Origin: Phyllosticta citribraziliensis
Taxonomy: Eukaryota
NCBI RefSeq assembly: GCF_038025025.1
Contig: NW_027117339.1
Span: 558,001-622,000 of the forward strand
DNA: 64,000 bases
Reading direction: 5' to 3'
Position numbers and translations under genes: made by a program. The notes under the pieces are model-generated. The model searched no databases and was not told the DNA's origin. It was given only the letters and a program-made list of their open reading frames with translations. Of this stretch, positions 12,480 through 24,247 are shown in pieces (within the stretch, counting starts at the first letter, position 1; every line of letters starts with the position of its first letter).

Positions 12480-15400
12480 GTGAGAGTGTCGTACGGTGGT
12501 GGTAATACGTATGCAAGGGGGGCGTCGAATCGTTTGGGCGTTTGGACCTTTGGGTCCGTGGATAAACAAAGTAAAGTAAGGATTGGGACGGGTTGGGTTG
12601 GGTTGGAAGCGTTGGGGTGGTGGAGTTGAATTGTCTCCTGGTTTGGCTTGTCCTGCGCACATACTTTTGGCTTTTTTTCTTGTTTGTTTTTTGTGTGGAT
12701 GGATGGAGCTCCGCTGAGCTGTGGATACGTTGAGTTTTGCGTTGGTGCTTGCTTGCTTGCAACTTGCATGCGATAATACCAGGTTCACCACACGATACGG
12801 GACGACACTTTTCCGCGTCATCCCCATTGCACCACCACCACCACCACCACCTTACTTCCTTTTCACTCCATCTGTCTCCTTTTTCCGCCCCACACAGATA
12901 CTGCGTCGACACGCACTCTTTTCTCTCGTTTGTTCGTTTTACATCATGTTCCCCGTTCTCACATACCCACCATTCATTCGCTAGATACCACGCGCTTGTT
13001 TTCTTCTACTAGCCCGCTTTCCTTTCCTAGTTGCTTGTATCTTTTTCTGTTTTTTGGTGGTGATGGTGCCGATGGTGGTGCTCGTCGTCGTCGGGTAATG
13101 TAATGTGCTACCATAAGTCAGTGCTGTAGCAGCGGCCAATGGACACCAGTGCAATGGAATTTGTCGCTTTGTGCAAGTAAGCAAAAACAAAGCGAGACGC
13201 CAGAAGTCCGGAACGGCTGCGGTTCCGAGCCCGGAGTCCCTTGCTATGTCGACTTTTGTGCTTGGAGCTCTTGCTCTGTCTTACTGCCGCCGTGGGAGAG
13301 GAGGGAGGGCGGTGGTACTTATGCGACAAAGAGAGCGAGCGACAGAGAGGGACGGCCTTCACATGGCTGCGCGCCGACAGCGGACGTCTTCTTTGAGTTG
13401 GTGTCTTGCTTGTGCTGCTCGCGTCGTACTCGCACTGCTGCAGCCTTGCCGATCACGCGCTTACCGCATGCGCAGATGTCTCAGCCAAATGGCATCCGGG
13501 CTGGTATAAAAGACCAACTCCAACTCCTCAACGTCTTTCTCCATGACCAGGGCATCGTCTTTCCACTGAAGAAGGATGCATGGACAGTACACTGCGGTGC
13601 CGGAAAACCCTAGCCGAGATTGATCCATTGGGGTGGCTTTTCTGTACCGGTTAAAAACTTTCTTTGTCTGTTTTCGAATTAAGTAAGGGTTTTAAGAAGC
13701 CACCAGTGTCAGGGGGGGTGGTGATGGTTGATGCGATTTGATGGTGTTGCCTTTCTTTATTGTCGCAAGTGGTGGATGGATTGAGGGCTGTTCTGTGGGA
13801 GGGATGGGAGCGAGGAGAAAGAGAAAGGAAAGGAGTGTTTGGCGAGGTAAATGGAAGACACCCAAGCCGCAGACAGTACATTTGGTTTCCAATCGTCAAA
13901 GGCTTGGAATCTCCCGGATGCTCGAGCGCACCGCTTACAGTTTGCTTTCCTGGAGGGAGAGAGGCCACCTTTTATACTCCAAAAGCGACGTCTGTGCGTC
14001 AATCAGCCTGCCGCGTGGACTGAAGGGAGCCTCGCGCAGCTGCCTGGGCATGTGCTTCCAGCACGCGACGGCGCTCTTTCAGGTGCTTGCTGCAGAAGAT
14101 GAAGTTCGGACTACGGGGAGGAGTATTTAAGAAGAGGACCGAGGCGCGGCTTAACTCTCCTCAATCAGTCGGTGGGCAAGACTCCTCTCATAATTTGCTT
14201 CGGAACCATCGACTTTGGGAGGAGCTGTCTTCGTTACCTGAGGGATCGCTTGCTGGGTGTCCGTTCTTTCGCGCGGTCATCCGAATATTCACACACTTTC
14301 GCCGCTCTGTCTCCTCGCCATTCGACCATCTGTGGATGATGACGGTGACGAAGATGCTGAGTATTTTGACTTGGAAACGACGTTCGCCGCCATCGCTCTC
14401 TGGAAAGTTAGCAAATTCTGGAATCTGGGGGAGAAGTGAATGTGAGCGCCAGAGCAAAGGGCAAAGAGTCGTTTGGTTGGAAGACATTGACAAGGGCGTC
14501 CAGTCATTTTGTCGTTCATTCTTGACCAAGACACGACGATACCTTTGGATGCACTATACAGCGGAAGATGTGGGACTGAGGGCGGTATTTATACGTCGAA
14601 AGAGAGCCCCTGAATTGTACACGCGTCGTGTCTTGCGCCGTTCGTCGTGACTGTGTACGTCTTTGGCAGCTGATTTCTGAGCACATTGCTGGCGGCGTGC
14701 TACGCTTCTGGGGCTTGGACGTGGTGCGTGTATAAAAGAAGGCTGAGTTGCGCTGTGCGTTCGTGCTTCACTGACGAAGCCTGAGCCTGCAAGCTGTGCA
14801 TACGACAAAGAGGACTACTGCGGGGATCCTTCGTGTTGTTCCACTGCGATTGACCTTTGGGTTTTCGGTTCACTTCCTTCTGGCCCTCCACTCATCCTAA
14901 GAGCTCCTCTTCTTTCGAGCTATCGCCATTCACGAGCTACGTTAGAGTCAGCCATCACGATCTGCTGAAGCTGAACACCGCCCTCATCAAGGACTCAAAG
15001 GGAACATGATGCAAAAACCCCACGACCGTGAAAACAAAAACCAGACACAAAAGAGAAAGAAATCTCCAAAGTAGGATCCCTCTAGACTGGTCTGCCAAAA
15101 GCAACCTCCAGGAGTGGGGATTCACTGCACCTGCGGTCCCGTCAACCGTCTTCCTGAGCGGCGCGGACTTGATGTTGCTGTTTTGGGCAGAGAAGTCTGC
15201 GCTTTTATAACTAAGAAGAACGACTTGGGTTGGCGGTGATGTGAGGACGCACGTGACTGCTTCTTAGGCGGCTGTTCGGTCGGTATAAAGTGTATGTGGA
15301 AAACAACTTGGTGGACAAGATGAGGAGTCAACAGTCTGCGATTCAGCTTGGGCTCGACAAGTGGCAAGGACGCACTGTGGGTCGGAAACCCCGCGACGAA

Positions 15401-17751
15401 AGAAATTCCAGATGTTGGGAAAATGAGACTCGCATGGAGCGGCGTAATGTTGGAGCTCGCTGCCATTCAGTGTTGCCGTGCTTCATCATCACCATGGTCT
15501 AAATCTTTTCTGAGTTTGCACTCGGAATAGATCCACTCAGATTGAAGGATGAAAAGGGGAGAGAAAGAGCACCAAGTTTCTTTTCCGCCTTTGAGTATTC
15601 TTTCTCCACCCAAGATCCTTGGTTCACTTTGTGCTGCTGAGGAGGAGTTGAATGGTGTGGTTTTTATATCTGCAACTCGCGGGTCAGAAGCGTCAACGGC
15701 GTGTTTCCCCTGAGATTGGGGGAGTCCCGCGCGACTGGCGCTTTCAACATCTGGCTGCGTGCCTGAGAGGCTCTCGATTCGCTCGGGTGGCGCATGGAGG
15801 AGCTTTGGCCTCTGGGGACGCGGTATAAAGCAGAGACTTCGCAATCTTGCTCGTCTCTACTCAACTATAAAGGTCTTGAAGCTATGTGGAAAATGCCCAC
15901 GCAGAAGGCAAAATGTACTGCTGTGTGGTGGGGATTTTCTTCTGACGTTGGAATATCGGCCTGAAGCCTTCGACGATGGCGACTAGTTGATCGAAGTCTG
16001 GCGGCCGACATTTGCGACACTGTCTCGGTCTTCGATCGTTGTCTTTGCAGAGCGTTGAAGCTCTTTGCCATTTGAGGACGCGGTTCCTCATCACTTGTCC
16101 ACAAAGTTCGCGAACTTGCTGCCCTGCTCGGGCCAAGGAAGAAATACAACCAAATGAAGTAGGTACTCATAGTTTCCCGGCACTCGTTGATGGGAAATGA
16201 CTGGGAACCATGTCCTAGATCCAAGTCGGCTGATTACTGCCACGGAGGAGGGAAGTGCTTCAGCTTTATACCCTGAGGGAAAGATCTGTGCGGTTCAGGC
16301 TCCAACAAGCGACTTTCCTTGTGATTCGGCCCAGGTTTGGCAGCTGAAATGCTGCACATGTGATGGTGTCTTTCAAGCTCGTAAAGAGCCCTGTACTAGG
16401 AATCTGTGGATATAAAAGATGGTTCAGCAGCACTTCTCAATTTTCAATCTCATCGGAAGCCTGATCTCCCTGAAAGAATTTATGACAACCGAGAATTCAA
16501 CTGCTTTTTTGCGGTGTCTACCAGGAAGAAAGCACGCATTTTGTTGATGTCGGGGGATTTCGAAGTGGCTAGTGGCTTCCTTGCTTGAGATATTGTCTTT
16601 TCGAAAGCCTACATAGTCAGCAGATGATGGAAAGCGGCAGAATCGGCACCAGGAACAATTCCGCATTGTTTGGCAACACTGACCAGCAGCCCTTGTTTCC
16701 ACTTTCCTTGTCCTCAAGCGATTGCTCGAAGTTCGTCAGGTGTGCGAACAACCATCCAAGCCAAAGAGTGTTCATGATAGATGCTAGTAGGCACAACAAA
16801 GTGCGTTGAAGTGTGCTGTCTCTTTGCGCAGAGCTTTCCTGGATGAGGATTTCGAGTCGAAGAACGTACTTTCGCAAGTTGATATACTACGCTCAGGGCG
16901 CTAGTCAAGATCGTGATAGGAAGAGTTGGTGTCAATGCGTTTCGTGTGACGGCTGACATTTCCAGTCCACATGGTCGACCTTGCATGAAGAGGCACGAGG
17001 TGGTCAAGTTTGCACGTTAATGCTTCCTGAGCACGAGGATACCCGGTTCACGTGCGAATGCTTCGAACGTGCTGAAGGTTTCCACCGATGACTGATAGTA
17101 CTGTGCCCAATCGATGCTACGTAGAGCCGACTGTCGCTTCTTGAGAGAAAGAACTGGAAGGAAGAGCAAACTAAATGACCAAGAAAGAAAAGCCAAGTGC
17201 TCACCAGCGACGATGCTGGGTTGTTATGTTGGCTCTGGAGCTGACTGCGTTTTCGCATCGTGTTGGTCAAGTCTGCGCGTGTACCGCCAGAAGTGCGGTC
17301 TGGTTGCAATTGAAGAGCTGCGTTTCGGAGAAAGCTTTTGGTGGGTAGAGTCGTCCTGCGGGATAAAACTACAGCCGTCCAAGTGGAGCAGGTAGAGGGA
17401 CGGCAAATAGTGTGAACAGCAGGTAGGCGGATCGAGGGTGGTGATGGTCCTGGGCGACGTCAGCATGTCAGCGGTGCTTCAGATTCTGCGAGTGCAAAGG
17501 CGGAACGGACCTTGAAGTATGTCAGTGCAGGAATAACACTGACCGTACTAGTACCAGACAACAGACACGCGACGCGCGCCCGGGCGAAGGATGCCAAGTG
17601 AGGTCGGCCAAAAAGATGCTCTGATTCAATCGTGTGGTCAAGAGACATTGGCAAAACAGGCAGTTGGAAATGGAAGTGCTATGTTAGAAGTCACAGAACA
17701 TCAAATTACCAAGTCACAGAGCAAAGGCAGCAAAAGAAGTAAGAATTGTAT

Positions 17752-17964
17752 TGTAATCCCCCAGCTGCCGACGACGCCCGGAGGCTGTTTCGGCGCACTG
17801 AGACCCACCCACCCAGGATTTTGATGAGCATCCCTGGCTCAAGGAAGGGAAAGAGAAAATGAGGAAGAAGAGGTGTAATCCCCCAGCTGCCGACGACGCC
17901 CGAAGGTTGTTTCGGCGCACTGAGACCCACCCACCCAGGATTTTGAGATGAGCATCCCTGACTC
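17752..17964. repeat. Recent direct duplication of ~90 bp (17752-17840 and 17874-17964)
   Basis: TGTAATCCCCCAGCTGCCGACGACGCCCG...CCCAGGATTTTG..ATGAGCATCCCTG is present twice, with 3 transitions and a 2-nt indel. Confidence 0.9.
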
Positions 17965-20900
17965 GAGTAATGTAGTGAGGAAAGACAAAGAGGGGAGGGG
18001 AAAAGAAAAGAGGCACAAGAGGGGGGAGGAGGTGCAGGGTGCAGCGCTGACAGGGGAAGAAGGAGGCCATAGGTCGCTCCATGGCCTGAAGCGTTGGTTG
18101 AAAAAGAAGAAGGACTGGAAGCTGGGGGGCGAAGGAAGCTTTTATACTTGAGCCCGCCGCGCCCATGCAAATTAAGCGAGCGCCTGCGGGCGCTCGTCGA
18201 GGAAGCCGCCCGCGAGCAGGCGCTCTCTTGCTGTGGTGCGGGCGGTGACCGTGGCCAGCGGCTTCGTCAGCATACTTCCCATTCACGCATTCAATCTCCT
18301 CACTCAATCGCCCAAAAAGTCAGTAACGAATCAATAAGTCAACAAACGAGCTCCCGGGGCTAAAATTGTGTGTAGTGCTGCCGCAGCTACTGGAAAACGT
18401 CGAAGTGTTCATTCAGCCTCCGAGCCAAATCGCGTACCTAGCTTTTCAAATCCAGATTCTCAAGTCTATGGCTGGTGACAGAAACCATCCTCTGCAAATC
18501 TAGTCCTTGCATGGCCAACCTCTCTTTGGACCGATTCCTCGCTCCGCAGCCTTCAACGCACGAATTTCGAGGCACATACTCGCTCGCTCACTGAGGTCGC
18601 CATGAACTGGATCCGAGCCCATAGCAGCCATGGCCACAGAGCAGGGTTGTTTGCTCAGCCCATCAACTTGATTGATGTGGACCTCAAGCGTAGGCCGTTG
18701 AAATGTCTTTTCCGGGAGTCATGTGCTTGAGGTCATCCGCTCCAACAGGCCAACGCCCACATGCCGGAACTGGCATCTGACAGCAATGGCCCTGGCGCGC
18801 TGAAACGATATAAAAGACGGACCGCTCGCCCTGATTCTTTCTCTTCCAGACATGGGCGCCACCTCCACATCAAAGGAGAGATGAGTTTGCCAACAGATTT
18901 ACTGGTTCTGTCGCGGCGTTCGAGAGTACAGGATTGTCTTCGCCGGTTCGTCCGCGCAGCCAAAGGCAACTCGCAAAGCTGAAAGGCTTACTGGTGATCA
19001 GCGAGACACGATAGTGATGAAGGGCCTCTCTATGGTTGCATGATGGGCTCCATCACTGATTTCTTCTAGGTGTTGTCATGACGGAACCGCCAGAACGAGA
19101 GCAAGCCCACAAATCCCGCAACTCCTTCTCCCCCAGAAGTGTTGAGGTACCAGTCGGGAGCAAGGAGAAAGAAGAGAAGTGAAGAAAAACTGACGGTCCG
19201 TGTTTGATGCTCACGGAGCGGGTTGGGGATGGTGTCCTGGAACCCACGGAAGTTCCCTCCTTTTATACCTCTCCCAATGGCTCGTGCTGCGGCCGAGCTC
19301 CCGATGATAGGACCCTCTCCGTTTCTTCTGACAGCGGCAGTAGCATGTGAGCGTGACGCGCGCGTGGCAACTCTCCTGTCATCCAGGCTCGTGATAAACT
19401 GCTGCCTTGCGGTCCAAGCGCGTCGAATGCCTATTTAGGGACCACAGCGCGAGCTCCGCAGATCTTTCTTCAGGGCAATGGACTGCGATTCCCAAAGGTA
19501 CCCGATGATGGTTCTGACAACTGGCTTGCAGGGTCTGCTACCGAGTTCGGATACACAAACAACACTTGGAGAGCCTGGAGGGCCAGTGTGGTGTTCGCCT
19601 TGTCGATCAATCTGCTCTGCCAACACAGCGTCGCCCACCGCAGCTGTCCATCATGCATCTCCAGCGCTGAGCCACAGCATCAAGCAATCACAACAGCAAC
19701 CTCCACCATCCAGCAAAAGGCCCCTCAGCCGGCCCCCTATTTCCACCAGTGCAACAAACCAAGCCTCAAACAACCCCACAGCACCTCCAAAGTAAGATGT
19801 GGGGATCATGTTCACACTGCACAAGTGAGAAATCCACATCCGCCGTCTTCCACACAGCAAGTGGAAGTGCAATGATCCAGAAAGCGGCGCGGAGGAGGCG
19901 CCTTTTAACTGCTCTACACCGCCGCTCACGGGACAATGACGCAACCACGCGCGCGAAGCCTCCTTGTGACGCACCACGTGCTCGGTCAAAGTCTCCTTGT
20001 GGCCTGGCTCGTGCGCGGTCGACGACCCCTTAAAAGCGCGATGCACCCCCGGTCGACCTTCTTTCTCTCTTCACTCAGCGGCACTGGGATGCCAGGACGC
20101 ACAGAAGAGCTCTGCTACTGTGTATGAAGCTCGACATCTTTGAAACTTGTGGTGGTGGGTTTGCTGCTCCGTTGGTTTGTTTGTCCAGGGTCGGTGCTGC
20201 TTTCAATGGCGGTTGTTGATGATGGTGGATGGTGGTCAGCATCAGGGGGAAATGGTGGGGCTTGTTGTTGCTTCTTCTTGTTGCTCCCCTGAGAAGCGAC
20301 GAGTCCAGAAGATACACAGGATCCCCTGCGCCTGCGTCTTCTCGCAGGCGAGAAACGCCAGTTCGAACATTCTGCGAAAGTCTCAAGCAACAAGTACTTG
20401 AGGGGATATACGCTTTTGCCGACTTCTGACACCAGAGCAAGACTGGCTCGGTTTGTCGGCTGGATTCCCGCGGAAGAAGAGGCTTATATACTCCTCGCAG
20501 TTATTCACATGGCGCGGAATCAGATGCCGCCATGACACAGCGTCCACCTGCGTCCCATCGTGCTGCCCCTGAAGCTGGAAGTGCCATGTGAAGCCGACGG
20601 CTGCACGAGGCCCGCCAGTTGCCAGCCTGGCTGGGTATAAAATCTGCTCGTCCATCTCTCTCTTAGTCTCCACAACTGCCACCAGACGCCCGACGGTGTC
20701 ACCAAACACCGAATTGTTCACTTGTCGTTTCGCCGGCTGGCCGTTGTTTCTGCAGACTCTGGCGGATGCAGGACTTCTGCGTACTTAGTCAGTCTGACTT
20801 ACCTATCAGTTGGCAAGGCTTCCAGCAAGGTGCTTTGTTTCTGGTACACAGCGACAAGCGCTGGTGATGTACTCCTTCACTGACAGACTCTTCCCACCCA

Positions 20901-21699
20901 CTCTGCGTAGCGGACAGCGCGAAGAAAGCCGCAGTCAAAAGAATGACTGTCTTTGTAGCCAGAGCAACAACCAGCAGTGTGATGTTCTCGAATCACGCTT
21001 TCAACAGAGCCGCATCGACTTTGCTGTCCAGAAGTCCGCAGAAGAGCGGCGTTGAAATACTCCTCTCCCACGAGCGACGACTACTCGCGCACCAACTCTC
21101 CGCGTGGCTGGGCTGCTGGAAGCGGCATCGGAGCCCTGATGCTTGAGAGACATGTGAGGCTAGGCTTCTGACAGCGGGATAAAAGGAGTAAGTCTCCTGG
21201 CCTTTTCTCTTCCCAGAAACTCTCCGAGCGACGAGCCAGCGCTTCTTGGACGACAAGAGAGAGACTTGGAGCCTGGAATCGTTCAGCAAGATGAATACTT
21301 TCTTTTTTCCTCTTCCCCTAGCCGACTCTTACCAAACCGCTGCCAGTATTGCAGCATACCATCACGCCTCAACGGTGCTGCCTTCCATCACCAACCCCCT
21401 ACACTGTATATCATCACCACTCCACCCAGCACCCGCCGCAGGAGCCCGCAACTGACAGCACAGAAACTACTCAAAGCCGCCTCCGCCAGCCGCAGAAGGC
21501 CACAAGTGTAGCCGTTGCAGAAGTCTTTCCAGACAGTCTCGTCGTCCATGCTGTTTCTTTTTTCCGCAGTGCCGAGTTGGAGGCTGAGGCTGAGGCTGAG
21601 GATGTTGGGCGACGAAGGTTGCTTCCGCGGCGCTTTATATATTGCCAGGAGAAGCATGTCCGGTGGACGGGCCAGTGCTAGGAGAAACACGTGCGGTGA

Positions 21700-22075
21700 A
21701 CGGACCAGTGCGCGCGTGGTAGGTTGGAGAGATCATGACTTGTGCTGTTTCACATGTGCGCGTCTGTACAAGGAGCATTCAGGCGCGCATGGTAGGATGA
21801 AGAAGTTGTGGCTGCTGTTGCCTAACGTGTAGGTGCACGCAAGGAGCATTCGTGTGTGCGTGCCGGGGGAGGGGGGACTTCTATTGCCCAACATTCGGGT
21901 TCATGGAAGGAGCATTCGTGCGCGCATGGTATGATGGAGAGGCGGTGACTTTTGCTACTCAACATGTGGCATGCGTGGAAGGAGCATTCGCGCGCGCGTG
22001 TGGTATGATGGAGAGATCGTCACTTCTGCCATTCGCCATGTGCATGCGCTCCAGGAGCATTCGTGCGCATGTCTT
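21700..22075. repeat. Degenerate ~70-bp minisatellite with invariant 10-bp core AGGAGCATTC
   Basis: Core at 21771, 21842, 21908, 21980, 22053 (spacing 71/66/72/73); most copies followed by a GCGC-rich block, TGGTA.GATG and GAGA; a partial unit starts at ~21708. Confidence 0.85.
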
Positions 22076-22919
22076 TCTTGCGTCTACAGTCGATGGAAAC
22101 AATGGTGTCCAGTTTGGAAAATTCCAGCAGCATTTTTGCGTTGCGCAGAAAAGAAACACCTTGGGTCTGCAATGCGTGACGCGACGCGAGGACACCATGG
22201 TGTTTTGGGCAGACGTCACACATCTCACACCTAAGCAGAGAAACAACAAGACGCCAAAAGCAAACACAGCAAAAAAACGAAAAGTAAGAAAAATGAGAAA
22301 ATAGAAATCAAAAGAGAGAAAAAGTCAAAAAAGTAAAGCACGCCATCGCGATGTCCATTGGCGGAGGAATCTGGTGGCAGCGCGGACGAGAGCGACGAGG
22401 GGAGGGGCCGCGATCAAACAGGAACAGCTTGACGGCATCGCGCGTTCCAGGAACGGAAGCCATTGGCTCGCCGGCGGGCTGGCGTGCGTTTAAGCGCGAC
22501 GGCCCCTCTCGCCCTTGCTTTGCTTGGTTGTAACAGTGGGTCAAAGGGACTGACTGACTGGCTGCGCTGGACTACTGGACTGGGAGCCCGCCCCGGCCGA
22601 ACGACACGACGCGCACACAAACAAAGGTCGCCGTCATACACCGGCCCGCCTGGAAAATATACCTTACCTGGCCTACCCTATCTGCTTGGTCGCGTTTCGC
22701 TCTGCTGCATCTCTTTTTCGGCGACAAGCTTGAACTTCGCGCTTGACCGACGACAGACCTCGACAACGACATTGCTCACGCGACGACGCTTGTTGTTCTT
22801 TCAGACGCGACAGACGGTCAGCCTTTATCCTTTTGCGACGGGCGCATCGCACATCTCACTCCACAGCAAGATTATCTTCGGACTCGATCGATTATCCATC
22901 ACCTGCCACGCGTTTCAAG

Positions 22920-23616
22920 ATGCCGTCTTCCAAGGGAAAGCCGACAGACCCGGAGCTGCGCGAAAAGGTCAAGAAGGGTACGTCGCGTCGTATCGTCACG
23001 CGCGTCGCAACGCGAACTAACAACTTGCAGAAGTTCAGAACGAGACGAACAAAGATGGCGGCGGCAAAGGACAGTGGTCTGCATGGAAGGTAAGCTGGCG
23101 CGGCTCATTCCAGAGCGCGTTTTGGACGAAGTAGACGGAAAATGTCTCTAATGCGCAAAATCACAGGCATCCAAGCTATCCAAGGAGTACGAAAAGCGCG
23201 GCGGAGGCTATGAGAACGACGCCGGGTCCAAGAACGAGCCCAAGAAGGGCGCTCCAGAGAAGAAGAGCGGGCGCAAAAAGGCCAAGGAGGTAGAGAAGGA
23301 GGAAGACGAGGAAGACGAGGTCAAAGAGGACGGCGAGCAGGCGGACGAAGACGACGAAGACGACGACGACGACGAGCAAGAGAAGCCCAAGGCCAACACT
23401 AGCAAAAAGGCCGTTGGCAAAAAGGACGAGCAGGCCGAGAAGAAGGGCAAGGGCGGCAGGCCCAAAAAGGGCGAGTCGAAGGCGAAGAAGCCGGAAAAGG
23501 TGACGCGCGAGGGCACGCGCAAGAGTTCGCGCATCAGCGCGGGATCCAAGCGGGGTGCGGACGGCGGCGGCGGCGGCGACGAGCAAGAGACGAAGAGCAA
23601 GAGGGCGAAGAAGTGA
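22920..23616 (+). CDS. Small (~188 aa) highly charged protein with PELRE..K...GGGKGQWSAWKA..L..EYEKRGGGY N-terminal domain (DUF5872-like, tentative); 3 exons (22920-22977, 23031-23089, 23167-23616)
   Basis: Introns 22978-23030 (GTACGT/ACTAAC/CAG) and 23090-23166 (GTAAGC/CTAAT/CAG) give a continuous frame to TGA at 23614-23616. Acidic and Lys-rich tail. Missed by the ORF track. Confidence 0.85.
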
Positions 23617-24247
23617 GGACTGGACGGTCGGTAGCGCCAGGATGGGCGGTGGTGATTGGGTACGAATGGATATTGGATGCCATGGTTCCAGACAAGCGAC
23701 GGGCTGGGGCTATTTTTGTCGTGGTCGGCATGCAGGCAGAGACGCTGAGGGGCGCCGACGTCGAATGGAATGGGAATTGTTAGCAATGCGCCTGGAGAAT
23801 TCGAGGTTGACGACAGCGAGAGCGAGTATTGGGTCAGGGTCGACGAGAGGCGCGGGAGAGAGGGGGAGAGGCAGAGAGGCAGAGACGGAGAGTTGCCCTG
23901 GGAAACACCACATGCACGCGCACGGACCATGACAGGGTTCTGCGACACCACCTGCAGACCTACATGTGCCTTACCACTACCGCTGCTGTATCCTATGTAC
24001 CATGCCGCCACCGTCTTGACACTTGCAGCGCGCTGCCCGCCCCTACCACAACAAAACACCTCGTCCTGCCCTTCTGCTCCCTCAACTCTGCCCTGTCTAA
24101 TCCATCAATCGACCCTCTCAACCGCTCCTGAAACCCCTCCACCTTGGACCCCATTTTCCGAAACCACCTTCTGCTCCCTCCGCGCCGCCTTCTCGACGCC
24201 TCCCGCCTCCTAGCCTCTACCTTCGCTCTCATGTCACGACCTACCTA

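Noticed and set aside
12588..12607. GGGTT repeats as telomeric sequence
   Set aside because: Pentamer microsatellite in a 3' UTR, not TTAGGG.
17752..17790. TGTAATCCC.CAGC...GGAGGCTG similarity to Alu/7SL
   Set aside because: Only a short word match; the rest does not follow Alu or SRP RNA.
19690..20240. Possible degenerate inverted repeat (ACAAACCAA...AAGATGT on opposite strands)
   Set aside because: Similarity is weak and both arms are C/A-rich low-complexity sequence; likely chance.
21771..22062. CRISPR-like periodicity
   Set aside because: The core is only 10 bp, the 'spacers' are mutually similar, there are no cas genes, and the context is eukaryotic.
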